Shown in pieces: positions 8,536-17,601 of a DNA stretch of 64,000 nt. The notes under the pieces are model-generated. The model was not told the DNA's origin. It worked only from the letters and a program-made list of their open reading frames with translations, and searched no databases. The stretch's first letter is position 1, and each line of letters starts with the position of its first letter. The DNA comes from Bacilli bacterium (GTDB lineage Bacteria > Bacillota_I > Bacilli_A > RF39 > UBA660): the NCBI GenBank assembly GCA_028709545.1, contig JAQVWT010000001.1, positions 658-64,657 on the forward strand. The letters are read 5' to 3'. A program made the position numbers and the translations under genes.

Positions 8536-9243
8536 ATGAATAAAGATCCAGCTTTTCTATTCTATAGCTCTGATTTTTTATCAGGGGTTGCAAGTTTGAC
8601 ATTCGAGGAACGAGGACAGTACATTACACTTATGTGTTTACAGCATCAGCACGGAAGATTATCCAAAAAGATAATAGATCTAAATGTACCAAATATTTCA
8701 TCTGATGTTTTATCTAAATTTTCAGTCGATAAAAACGGTTGTTTTTATAATAAAAGGTTAGAAAAAGTAATAGAAAAAAGAACTGAGTTTTCTAAAAAGC
8801 AACGAGAAAAAGCTTTAAAAAGGTGGAAAAAACAAGATACCGAAACTATGCCACAGCATAAGCCGGAGTTATACCAAACAGATGCCAAAATTATGCCTTT
8901 TTTAGAAGATGAAGATGATAATGAAAATATAAATATAAATAAAGATATAGATATAGATAATATAGTTGTATCTGTTGAAAGTAATTTTGGTAGACCTTTA
9001 GCACCTTTAGAAATTGAAGAAATTAATTCTTGGGATGATAATGATTTAACTCGATTTGCAATTAAAGTAGCAGTTGTTAATAGTGCTAAAAAAATTAGTT
9101 ATATAACTAAAACTTTATACGATTGGCAAAAAGCAGGAATTAAAACTGTAACCGAAGCACAAGAATATTTAAAAAAATTTAATAAATCAACTCAAAAAGA
9201 AGAAAAAAAGAAAAACGCTTTTGATCTTATTGATTCGTTGTAA
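8536..9243 (+). CDS. phage replisome organizer (DUF1376 N-domain + DnaD-like C-domain)
   Basis: N-terminus DPAFLFYSSDFLSGVASLTFEERGQYITLM fits the DUF1376/YdaU pattern; C-terminus ISYITKTLYDWQKAGIKT fits the DnaD/DnaB-2 YxxxIxxxW motif. Confidence 0.55.
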   Translation: MNKDPAFLFYSSDFLSGVASLTFEERGQYITLMCLQHQHGRLSKKIIDLNVPNISSDVLSKFSVDKNGCFYNKRLEKVIEKRTEFSKKQREKALKRWKKQDTETMPQHKPELYQTDAKIMPFLEDEDDNENININKDIDIDNIVVSVESNFGRPLAPLEIEEINSWDDNDLTRFAIKVAVVNSAKKISYITKTLYDWQKAGIKTVTEAQEYLKKFNKSTQKEEKKKNAFDLIDSL

Positions 9244-9249
9244 AAAAAC

Positions 9250-9789
9250 ATGAATAGAGAAGAAATAAAAACTTTATTTAAAAGAATTAAGGCAAATTAT
9301 GATATCTTTTCAGTTTCTAAAGAAAAGCTAGATGAATGGGAAAAAATCTTAAAAGGTTATACAACTTGGGGAGTTAACAGAAATTTAGACGAATACCTAC
9401 GCGAAGGAAAAGATACCCCGCCTATTGCTATTAACTTAATAAATGAATTTATTAAAGTTCCCAATCCAAACGTTAATTATAAAACCTCATGTAAAATATG
9501 TGGAAGAATAATAGACTTAGAATATACCACACACGAAAATAGATGTCGATCAATTGATTATATAACAAAAAAAACAACAAAGTATTTTCTAGATAAATTA
9601 CCAGATTTAAACGCTCAACTAAAAGAGCTGTATGATATGTCTGAAAATGCTTTTGATTTATTTTACAAAAAATTTATGAAACAACTTTTGAATCAAGACA
9701 TCGATTTAGAAGAAAAAAATCTTATAAAAAAAATATTATCAGATACGGAAAATATAAACATAGATGATGTGATAAAAGGAATATTATGA
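9250..9789 (+). CDS. hypothetical; possible helicase-loader (G39P-like) with Cys/His cluster
   Basis: N-terminus EIKTLFKRIKANYDIFSV...WEKIL resembles SPP1 G39P-type loaders; CKICGR...HENRC. Confidence 0.25.
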   Translation: MNREEIKTLFKRIKANYDIFSVSKEKLDEWEKILKGYTTWGVNRNLDEYLREGKDTPPIAINLINEFIKVPNPNVNYKTSCKICGRIIDLEYTTHENRCRSIDYITKKTTKYFLDKLPDLNAQLKELYDMSENAFDLFYKKFMKQLLNQDIDLEEKNLIKKILSDTENINIDDVIKGIL

Positions 9790-10019
9790 TAAAAATTAAA
9801 TTGATTATAGAAGCTATAGAAGTAAACTTAACCACAATTAAATATTTATGTATGATATCACTTTTAATAGTCTGTTGTCTTAATTTTAAAAAAAGAATTA
9901 AACATGATCCAGATGACGAAACAGCAAAAACATTTAGACAACAAGACTGGAAAGTTAACAGATTTAATGCAAAACACATTGTAGAAAAAAATAAGAAAAA
10001 GAAAGGAAGGAAAAAATGA
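9786..10019 (+). CDS. small membrane protein
   Basis: ORF track; central TM; start overlaps the upstream stop. Confidence 0.25.
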   Translation: MIKIKLIIEAIEVNLTTIKYLCMISLLIVCCLNFKKRIKHDPDDETAKTFRQQDWKVNRFNAKHIVEKNKKKKGRKK

Positions 10020-10510
10020 TCTTATTTAAAAAAATAATAATAATGAAATTATCTGATTATGAAACAGATAATTTATCTAAAATGAATAAAGAACTTAATT
10101 TGGTTAAACAAGTCAATACATTTAGTCAAATAAACAGTGATTTGTTGCAAAAAAACAAGGAACTAGAAAAAAAACAGAATAAAACCCAATTTGATTTAAT
10201 CCAATCAAATGAGATGAAAGCATATTATCAAGATGAATTAATAATTACAGAAAAAAGGAGACGTTCTATAGCAGCAGCAAAAGGTGGATTAATTAAATAT
10301 AACAATTCTTTAAAAAAATTAAATCAAGAATTAAACAATGTAATTAAAAGTTTAAAAAAAGATATTACAGAATTAAAAAGTGATCGCTATTTAGTTATTA
10401 AAGAACGACCGGTAAATCCACCTAAACAAGTTATGACTATCAAATCACGCAAAAAAAACATTCAAACAGAAAAGATGTTAGAGGAAAGGCGGAAAAATCG
10501 TGAAAAATAA
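10016..10510 (+). CDS. coiled-coil hypothetical protein
   Basis: ORF track; K/E/Q-rich heptad-like sequence. Confidence 0.3.
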   Translation: MILFKKIIIMKLSDYETDNLSKMNKELNLVKQVNTFSQINSDLLQKNKELEKKQNKTQFDLIQSNEMKAYYQDELIITEKRRRSIAAAKGGLIKYNNSLKKLNQELNNVIKSLKKDITELKSDRYLVIKERPVNPPKQVMTIKSRKKNIQTEKMLEERRKNREK

Positions 10511-10751
10511 ACTATCAGATGTCAATGATTATTTGTTTGAACAATTAGAGAGATTGAATGACGATGAAACCTTAGATGAGGCAAATAATTTTGAAAAAGA
10601 AATTAAGAGAGCTAGAGCAATTACTGGCGTAACTAGTCAAATTGTTCAAAATGCTAAAGTAGCATTGGATGCTAAAAAATATCTAGATGAGGCAGGGAGT
10701 GAATCTTTACCTAATATGTTTTTATTAGATAATAAAGACAACACGAAATAG
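10500..10751 (+). CDS. hypothetical protein
   Basis: ORF track; overlapping start. Confidence 0.3.
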   Translation: MKNKLSDVNDYLFEQLERLNDDETLDEANNFEKEIKRARAITGVTSQIVQNAKVALDAKKYLDEAGSESLPNMFLLDNKDNTK

Positions 10752-10755
10752 GATC

Positions 10756-11574
10756 ATGAAAGCGACATACACTTTCGAAATAAAGCAATTCATAAATCTA
10801 AATTACAAAAACATTAGTACATTAGAATTAACAAATCTAATTAATACCAAATTTAATAGTGAATTTTCAGCCTCACAAATAAAATCATATAAAAGTAACC
10901 ACAAATTAAAAAGCAATTTTAAAGATGTTAAAAACTATAATAAACTTTTTTATGATTATCACATCGACTTTATAAAAAAGCACGCAAAAGGTACTTCAAA
11001 TCAAGATTTAACCAATCTTTTTAACAACTATTTTAAATCTAGATTTACTGTTCAACAAATTAAAGCAGTAAAGCTAAGAAACAAAATAAAGAGTGGTCTA
11101 ACAGGTCACTATCAAAAAGGGAATATACCACTTAATAAAGGTAAAAAATGGGATGAATTTATGTCAAAAGAAGGGCAAGCTAATTCAAGGAAAACTACTT
11201 TTAAAAAAGGTGACAAACCGTTCAATACTGCAAAAATAATGGCAGAAGTAGAACGAGAAGATGGTTATTTATATCGAAAAATTAAAGATACAAACTATCC
11301 AGGATTAAGTAGATACAATTGGAAAGCTGTTCACCATATAATTTATGAAGAAAAACATGGAAAAATCCCCGAAAGTCACAAAATTGTTTTTGCAGATGGT
11401 AATAAAAAAAATTTTGATATCAACAATTTAATTTTAGTTTCTGATAGTCAGTTATTAATTTTAAATAAAAAAGGCTTAATTACTAGTGATCCAGAAATAA
11501 CAAAAATAGGGGTTAATACAGCTAAAGTAATAGATAAAATCAACAATTTAAATAAAAGAAAAAATAAGAGGTGA
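10756..11574 (+). CDS. HNH (HNH_3-type) homing-endonuclease-like protein with duplicated N-terminal motif
   Basis: NWKAVHHIIYEEKHGKIPESHKIVFADGNKKNFDINNLILV matches HNH_3; N-terminal repeats LTNLINTKFNSEFSASQIKSYK and LTNLFNNYFKSRFTVQQIKAVK. Confidence 0.5.
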   Translation: MKATYTFEIKQFINLNYKNISTLELTNLINTKFNSEFSASQIKSYKSNHKLKSNFKDVKNYNKLFYDYHIDFIKKHAKGTSNQDLTNLFNNYFKSRFTVQQIKAVKLRNKIKSGLTGHYQKGNIPLNKGKKWDEFMSKEGQANSRKTTFKKGDKPFNTAKIMAEVEREDGYLYRKIKDTNYPGLSRYNWKAVHHIIYEEKHGKIPESHKIVFADGNKKNFDINNLILVSDSQLLILNKKGLITSDPEITKIGVNTAKVIDKINNLNKRKNKR

Positions 11575-11578
11575 TAGA

Positions 11579-11782
11579 ATGACTAGATTTAGAGTAATCC
11601 AAGAATATGAAAAATTTTATTTTTGTGAACATATTGAAAAAGGCTACAAGGAATGTTTTGAAAAAACATTATATAAACCGCAGAATGGAATTATAACCAA
11701 GAAAAGAGATTATAACTATACAGATGAATTAGAATTGCCACTAAAAAAAGTAAATAAATCAGAAAGAGGTAGAAAATCATGA
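11579..11782 (+). CDS. hypothetical protein
   Basis: ORF track. Confidence 0.3.
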   Translation: MTRFRVIQEYEKFYFCEHIEKGYKECFEKTLYKPQNGIITKKRDYNYTDELELPLKKVNKSERGRKS

Positions 11783-11952
11783 CTAAAGAAGAACAGTTAA
11801 AAGAATTAGGATTTAGTTGTACATTTCCAGATGATCTATATTGTAATTATGAAATAGTAAATGATTATACAACAACAACATTATTCTTTATAAATAACAA
11901 TGGATCAATAAATCATAATAAAATTATAACATTAAACCATATAAAAAAATAA
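11779..11952 (+). CDS. small hypothetical ORF (~57 aa, not in the track)
   Basis: ATG overlapping the upstream TGA (ATGA); MTKEEQLKELGFSCTFPDDLYCNYEIVNDY...; end coordinate approximate. Confidence 0.2.
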   Translation: MTKEEQLKELGFSCTFPDDLYCNYEIVNDYTTTTLFFINNNGSINHNKIITLNHIKK

Positions 11953-12071
11953 CAAAAGTATTTTTGATAAAAAACATAGTTTGAAACCTTATGTTTACTG
12001 ACTTAATTAATGATTAATATAAGGCAATATTATATGTAGCGAAGATTACCAAGAAATAGAGAGGATAATGA

Positions 12072-12929
12072 ATGGAAACAAAGATTTTAATTGATAATTT
12101 AGAAGAATATATTTTAGAATTACAGGACAATGAGCTTGCTAAAAAAAGTTATTCTAAGTACAAATATGATATTAGTAAATTCATTAAATTTTTAGGAGAT
12201 AAACCTAGATTTATAAAAAATGATTATCTTGAATATATTGGTTCACTAATAAAAAAAGAGTATAAAATTAGTTCGGTCAATTCTTATATTGTTTCCATTA
12301 ATAAATATCTAATTTATTTAAAATATGAAAATTTAAAAATTAAAACTAAAAAAGTTCAAAGGAAACAATCAGTTGAAAATGTTATATCAATAATCGATTA
12401 TAAAAGATTATTAAGAATATCTAAAAAGAATGAATATCTCGATACTTATTGGATATTAAGGTTAATAGCGGGAACTGGAATTAGAGTGTCCGAAGTACAA
12501 TATTTCACAATTGAATCATTATCAGCAGCCAAAGACAAAGATAATGTAGTTATGGTTAATAATAAAGGAAAATGGCGCGAAGTCAGCATATCTACCGAAT
12601 TAATTAGAAACTTGCTTAAACACGGTCAGTCAAATGGAATAAAAAGTGGATATCTATTTTTAAAAAGAAATGATCCTACGAAACCAATAACGCCAAATGC
12701 AATTTGGAAAAGGATACAAAAAATAGCAGGTATAGCCAAAATTAATAAAAAATATGCACACCCACATTCGCTAAGGCATTTATTCGCTAAGACATATTTA
12801 TCGGTTAATCCCGGAGAGTATATGGCACTAGCTGATTTACTTGGTCATGAAGATGTTAGAACAACTGCAATCTATACGCAGGAGTCAAGAAAAGAAAAAA
12901 AAGCTAAAGTGACAGAATTAAAATTATAA
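12072..12929 (+). CDS. second tyrosine recombinase (XerC/XerD-like)
   Basis: AGTGIRVSEV (R), HPHSLRHLFA (HxxR), LLGHED (H), TAIYTQ (Y); 285 aa, Xer-sized. Confidence 0.7.
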   Translation: METKILIDNLEEYILELQDNELAKKSYSKYKYDISKFIKFLGDKPRFIKNDYLEYIGSLIKKEYKISSVNSYIVSINKYLIYLKYENLKIKTKKVQRKQSVENVISIIDYKRLLRISKKNEYLDTYWILRLIAGTGIRVSEVQYFTIESLSAAKDKDNVVMVNNKGKWREVSISTELIRNLLKHGQSNGIKSGYLFLKRNDPTKPITPNAIWKRIQKIAGIAKINKKYAHPHSLRHLFAKTYLSVNPGEYMALADLLGHEDVRTTAIYTQESRKEKKAKVTELKL

Positions 12930-12942
12930 GAAAGTAGGAAAT

Positions 12943-13530
12943 ATGGAAAAAGAAACATTAATGCAATTAAAAGAAGAATATATAGAATTATTAAAATCAA
13001 CGAAAAGAGAAGGAATAGATAACTTAATTAAATATTTAGAGAATACGGATTTTTTTACAGCGCCTGCAAGCACTAGATATCACAATAGTTTTGAAGGTGG
13101 TTTAGTTGATCATAGTATCAATGTTTACAATCAATTATTAAACAAAGTAAACTATGAATTTGAAGATAGTCAAAAATATCAACAATCTTTAATAATAGTT
13201 TCCTTGCTGCATGACATATGCAAAGCTAATTTTTATACAGTAGGAACTAAAAACGTTAAAGTCGATGGTAAATGGAAGCAAGAAGCTTATTATCAAGTTA
13301 ATGATCACTTACCATTAGGACATGGCGAAAAATCTGCGATGATTGTTTCTAAGTTTATTAATTTAAACACTGAAGAAATGATGGCGATTAGGTGGCATAT
13401 GGGATTCTCTGAACCGAAAGAAAATTATTACACTATTGGCAATGTTTTTAATAAATATAAATTAGCAGTAGCACTTCATGTTGCTGATTTAGAGGCTACA
13501 TATTATGTCGAAAATAACAATAATAAATGA
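12943..13530 (+). CDS. HD-domain phosphohydrolase
   Basis: YHNSFEGGLVDHS ... VSLLHDICK ... D (H..HD..D metal-binding motif). Confidence 0.6.
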   Translation: MEKETLMQLKEEYIELLKSTKREGIDNLIKYLENTDFFTAPASTRYHNSFEGGLVDHSINVYNQLLNKVNYEFEDSQKYQQSLIIVSLLHDICKANFYTVGTKNVKVDGKWKQEAYYQVNDHLPLGHGEKSAMIVSKFINLNTEEMMAIRWHMGFSEPKENYYTIGNVFNKYKLAVALHVADLEATYYVENNNNK

Positions 13531-13948
13531 AACTAATTTAAGTTATAAAGTTATCGGCGAAGCAATTGATTTATATCTTAAATGGTACAAATCGGAAACG
13601 TATAGTCCTGGTAAAACAGTTATAACAGAATTTAGAGAGTTAAAAACTTTTTATATACTGAAAATAAAATACTTAAAAGAAAATATTACTTTTTATATAA
13701 AAGAAAAGGAGAGCCAAATGGAAACAACAATCAATTTTGTTAAATTAGAATTAAAGCACTTAACTAAAAATATCATTGGCAAATATATAAAAGATAGCAA
13801 TGAGAATGAAATTGTTAAAGTTATAGATTATTATGATCATCCAGTAGACCCATTTAATTGTGTGCAATTAGCACAGGACTATAAAAATTATGGTAGAGAA
13901 ATTGATGATTATTTATTATTAAGAGACTTTGAAATACAGGACGAATAA
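13505..13948 (+). CDS. hypothetical protein
   Basis: ORF track. Confidence 0.3.
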   Translation: MSKITIINETNLSYKVIGEAIDLYLKWYKSETYSPGKTVITEFRELKTFYILKIKYLKENITFYIKEKESQMETTINFVKLELKHLTKNIIGKYIKDSNENEIVKVIDYYDHPVDPFNCVQLAQDYKNYGREIDDYLLLRDFEIQDE

Positions 13949-14199
13949 TGAAATATACAGATTTAACTCTTGAAGAAGCATTAGATATAAGTTTATTATT
14001 TGATCTTATATGTGATGGTAATAAAAAAGAAATTCAGATAGAACCAACAGAGCAATTTGATAAAGTAATTGAAGAGATAGAGAGTGTTATCACATCGGCT
14101 ATCGATGTATTAGCCAAAGTTTTTATAGGGCTAGGAAACACGCTAAAAGCAGCTAGTGAAACACTAAAAATTAAAGGAGATAAATATGAATCTAAATGA
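13948..14199 (+). CDS. hypothetical acidic protein
   Basis: ORF track. Confidence 0.3.
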   Translation: MKYTDLTLEEALDISLLFDLICDGNKKEIQIEPTEQFDKVIEEIESVITSAIDVLAKVFIGLGNTLKAASETLKIKGDKYESK

Positions 14200-14455
14200 A
14201 TTAATAAAGAAGTATGAAGATAAAATAAAAGAGTATGGACTAAAACCTATGTACAACTATCAAACAGGTTTGCAATGTGAAATTTATCACGAAATACTAT
14301 CTGATTTAGAACAGTTGAAAGAAAAACTTGATAAAAAAGAACTAGAGTATCATCATCAATTAAAAGATGAGGAAACTAATAATATATTAGTTAAAATAGA
14401 TAACGCTTTTGTAGACGGCAAAAGATTTGCAATAAAAGAAATAATAGGAGAGTGA
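14186..14455 (+). CDS. hypothetical protein
   Basis: ORF track. Confidence 0.3.
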   Translation: MNLNELIKKYEDKIKEYGLKPMYNYQTGLQCEIYHEILSDLEQLKEKLDKKELEYHHQLKDEETNNILVKIDNAFVDGKRFAIKEIIGE

Positions 14456-14459
14456 AAAA

Positions 14460-14906
14460 ATGGTGGAGACTGACGAATTAACAATAGCAACAGCATATGA
14501 TAAATTACTCGCAACTAATAACAAAATAGAATTATTAGAAAGATTACGACAAATTAATTCCGAGCCGCTAAAAGCAGCTAAACTAAAAGAAATATTAACT
14601 AATGGTAGTAGGAATAATAATGAACAACTGTTTTATAAAATATTAAGAGAAGATAAAAACTCAATAGAGCTAAGAGAATTGTATCAAAAAAAAGCCTCTG
14701 ATGAAGCTTACATCTTAGAAGAGATTAATAGAATGAGTTTATCCGCTCCAACTATAGCTATTGTTTTCTTAAAAGACATCCAAAAGTTTAGTTGGAAAGA
14801 AATCGCAAAAAAGCTATATGATTATTATAGCGAAAGGCAAATAAGAAATTTTTATTACGAATACAAAGAAAAGTTAAAATTAACTAATAAAATATACGGT
14901 AAATAA
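14460..14906 (+). CDS. ArpU/RinA-like late transcriptional activator (sigma region-4-like HTH)
   Basis: C-terminal FSWKEIAKKLYDYYSERQIRNFY HTH; sits just upstream of the packaging module, as ArpU-family activators do. Confidence 0.45.
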   Translation: MVETDELTIATAYDKLLATNNKIELLERLRQINSEPLKAAKLKEILTNGSRNNNEQLFYKILREDKNSIELRELYQKKASDEAYILEEINRMSLSAPTIAIVFLKDIQKFSWKEIAKKLYDYYSERQIRNFYYEYKEKLKLTNKIYGK

Positions 14907-14931
14907 TAAAAAAATCAACAGTCAAGCAAAG

Positions 14932-14960
14932 TTGCCAGTTTTTGCCAGTTTAGCTATGCT
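14932..14960 (+). promoter_or_regulatory. candidate sigma70 promoter (TTGCCA-N17-TATGCT) at the start of the GC-rich non-coding segment
   Basis: Hexamers and spacing read directly from the sequence. Confidence 0.3.
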
Positions 14961-15428
14961 ACAATAACTATGATGAGATACTTATACATAGATCGATATA
15001 AGATTTCATTACCCAAAACAATTGGACATAAATTAAATCTTTCTTAGGAACAGTTTATTCCATCAAGTAGTGACTGATAGACTACTTGATATACTAGGTT
15101 CAAAAACCGTACTGTCTAATATGAGCATATAGAATAATCCTATATCAGGTAGAATTCAGGCGAATATGATTAAATGCTGAAAAACAGCCTATGTTTTATG
15201 AGTGGTGGTGTATGGGAAACACGGTTAAAGATAACTGATAAGCAAGGATATCCATTGAGCTTATCCCAAAGGTGTAAGCCCTTATCTACTCAAACAAAAA
15301 AATATGCTCACAGAGGTTCTGGCCGAGTAAATCCGCTAGCGAGCAATCAATTACGCAACCTCAATAATAGGCATGATGAGTGGAGCTAGCCGTCCACCAA
15401 CTTAAAACTCTTTAATTAGAGTTTTTTT
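14961..15428 (+). ncRNA. candidate structured non-coding RNA of unknown class (~470 nt)
   Basis: 533-bp gap between tightly packed genes; GC content visibly above the ~28% background; the only ORF (15174..15389) is R/S/G-rich and atypical for this genome; promoter upstream and strong terminator at the 3' end; many local inverted repeats. Confidence 0.35.
15404..15428 (+). terminator. rho-independent terminator
   Basis: aaaactct-ttaatt-agagtttt hairpin followed by T7; the HNH gene RBS follows immediately. Confidence 0.6.
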
Positions 15429-15439
15429 CATGAGGTAAT

Positions 15440-15769
15440 ATGGGGAATAAAAATAAAATAATTAGATTACAACTTATTCAAATTTATGGAGAAATTTGTA
15501 TGCTCGGAGAACCACTATCTATTGAAAATTATATTACTTTACACCATTTAATAAAAAAAGAACACAAAGGAGCTACCAGCATTAAGAATGGTGCTCTGTT
15601 AAGCAAAATTATGCATGAATATTTACATTACATAGAATGTTGGTATATTGGCCATTATCACTATATTAATGATTATTTAAGATATTACAAAGAAACCGAA
15701 GATCCCAGTGAAAAAGATAAAATGAATTGTTATATCAAGAAATTAAACAAAATAAATAGAAAGGTTTGA
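15440..15769 (+). CDS. HNH endonuclease (packaging-associated type)
   Basis: CMLGEP...TLHHLIKKEHKGATSIKNGALLSKIMHEYLH is an HNH motif. Confidence 0.55.
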   Translation: MGNKNKIIRLQLIQIYGEICMLGEPLSIENYITLHHLIKKEHKGATSIKNGALLSKIMHEYLHYIECWYIGHYHYINDYLRYYKETEDPSEKDKMNCYIKKLNKINRKV

Positions 15770-15773
15770 TCGA

Positions 15774-16694
15774 ATGAAACATATATGTTTTTATTATTAT
15801 CATATTAACATTATTGGCGGCGTTGAAATAGCGATACTGAATCTAATAAAATTATTAAGTAAAGAGTATAAAATAACTATAGCTTATACCAAGCAAGACA
15901 GTAGCTTAGACATGTTGTTAAGATTAAATAAATATGCTGATATAGTAAATGTCAAATATCAAAAAATCGCATGTGATACAGCTGTTTTCTGCTCTATTTA
16001 TTGTGAAACTCCAAAAAATATAAAAGCTAATAAATATGTTAGATGGTTGCATGGCAATCTTAAAGAAATAGGTTATAATTTAACTAAAGAAGATTTTATA
16101 AATGACTACGTAACGGTAGGTAAGGAATGCCAAAAACAATTAAAAGAAGTTACAGAAGTGGAATCGAATTTAATATATAATGAACTTGATCCTGAAATAC
16201 ATAAAAAAGCTAAAGAAACAATAAATATAATAAAAAAACCTTTAACATTAGTCACAGTATCAAGAATTTCCATAGAAAAAGGTTTTGAAAGAATGTTAAA
16301 ACTCGCCAGATTATTAAAAGAAAAAAAAATAGATTATATTTGGTATATAATCGGATGCAGTTATGACAAGGCTTATGAGGCAAAAATTAAAGATACTAGT
16401 CCGAAAGAATTTATCTATTTAGGAAAATTGGATAATCCGTTCCCATATATGAAAGAATCGGATTTTTTAGTGCAATTAAGCAGTTATGAAAGCCAAGGGT
16501 TATCGGTAGTCGAATCGTTAGTTTTAGGAACACCAGTAATAGTAACTAAATGGAAAGCAGTTAATGAAGTCGTTACAGATAAAGTAAATGGCTATATATT
16601 AGATATGGATTTTAATGATATTCCTGAACTTCAAAAATTAGTGTTCAGATATGAATATAAAAGTAATTATGAAAGGTGGAAAGAAATATTATGA
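15774..16694 (+). CDS. GT-B fold glycosyltransferase (family 1/4-like)
   Basis: N-terminal IIGGVEIAILNL; C-terminal E-x7-E motif ESQGLSVVESLVLGTPVI typical of retaining GT4 enzymes. Confidence 0.6.
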   Translation: MKHICFYYYHINIIGGVEIAILNLIKLLSKEYKITIAYTKQDSSLDMLLRLNKYADIVNVKYQKIACDTAVFCSIYCETPKNIKANKYVRWLHGNLKEIGYNLTKEDFINDYVTVGKECQKQLKEVTEVESNLIYNELDPEIHKKAKETINIIKKPLTLVTVSRISIEKGFERMLKLARLLKEKKIDYIWYIIGCSYDKAYEAKIKDTSPKEFIYLGKLDNPFPYMKESDFLVQLSSYESQGLSVVESLVLGTPVIVTKWKAVNEVVTDKVNGYILDMDFNDIPELQKLVFRYEYKSNYERWKEIL

Positions 16695-16942
16695 AAGAAG
16701 TATTAATTAGATCGGTAAGTAATTATCATGATATTGAATTATCAAAAGAAAAGAAGTCAAAAACAAAAGTGCTTAGAAATGGTAAAGAGATAGAAACATA
16801 TGAAATACAACCAAATGATGAGTATTTAGTATCAAGAGCTAGAGCAGAAGTAATAGTTGGAAAAAACAAAGCCATAATTATTGATATGCCTAAGCAAGAA
16901 GAAACTAAAACAAAATTAATAAAGAAAGTAGTGAAGAAATAA
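16676..16942 (+). CDS. hypothetical protein
   Basis: ORF track; overlaps the GT stop. Confidence 0.3.
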   Translation: MERNIMKEVLIRSVSNYHDIELSKEKKSKTKVLRNGKEIETYEIQPNDEYLVSRARAEVIVGKNKAIIIDMPKQEETKTKLIKKVVKK

Positions 16943-17018
16943 TGCAAGGAATAATAACCACTTTAATAATAGTTTTTGGTTTATGTTATATATCAACAAT
17001 ATCTAATAGTAAAAGAAA

Positions 17019-17336
17019 ATGACACTAGAAAGAATTAAACAACTTATTAGAGAAGATAAAATTATTTTATTTTATAAAAGTAAAGCTTGGCGTATTAAAA
17101 AAAATGAAATAAGAAAAAGAGACGGATACGAATGCCAAGAATGTAAGAAACAAGGAGGGTTAACAACTATACAACAAGCTAAACTAGATGTGCATCATGT
17201 TAAAGGACTAAAGGATTATCCGGAACTAGCGTTTGTTAATAGTAATTTAGTAACTGTATGTGTTAATCATCACAATATATTAGATGGAAGAATTAAACCA
17301 AAGAAAAATAAATTTATTAATGAGGAAAGATGGTAA
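17019..17336 (+). CDS. HNH endonuclease
   Basis: CQECKK...HHVKGLKDYPELAFVNSNLVTVCVNHHNILDG: CxxC plus HH and N...H. Confidence 0.6.
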   Translation: MTLERIKQLIREDKIILFYKSKAWRIKKNEIRKRDGYECQECKKQGGLTTIQQAKLDVHHVKGLKDYPELAFVNSNLVTVCVNHHNILDGRIKPKKNKFINEERW

Positions 17337-17545
17337 ATATGAAATTAAAAAAATATCAGTTAGTTAGTATATTAGAACAATGTAAATTGAGAGGATTAAC
17401 AACCATAGATGAGATACTAAATGAATTAAAAGTATTTAAAGATATGGATGTTATAGTCGAATCATCGAAAGATAAAGAAATTAAAAGATATAAAAAATCA
17501 GGCGTTATTGATTCTCCAAACATAAGAAGAATTCTTAATAAATGA
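17330..17545 (+). CDS. hypothetical protein
   Basis: ORF track. Confidence 0.3.
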   Translation: MVNMKLKKYQLVSILEQCKLRGLTTIDEILNELKVFKDMDVIVESSKDKEIKRYKKSGVIDSPNIRRILNK

Positions 17546-17548
17546 TAT

Positions 17549-17601
17549 AGCCCCCATTCAAAAATTTTGACGATTTTTAGAAAAGTCAGGAAACGGGGGC
17601 T
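17549..17601 (+). promoter_or_regulatory. GC-rich long-range hairpin upstream of terS (possible cos/pac or late-promoter element)
   Basis: agccccc ... gggggct inverted repeat enclosing about 40 nt, unusual in this AT-rich context. Confidence 0.25.

Noticed and set aside
15174-15389. 71-aa ORF inside the GC-rich non-coding island
   Set aside because: R/S/G/P-rich composition is unlike every real protein in this K/N/I-rich genome, and there is no RBS. I treat the region as RNA or DNA element rather than coding.
14907-15439. Group I intron / intron-encoded HNH hypothesis for the non-coding island plus the 15440 HNH gene
   Set aside because: The flanking genes (ArpU-like and GT) are not two halves of one protein. 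I could not find convincing P7/GACUA or domain V-like cores by eye. It stays as 'unknown structured RNA'.
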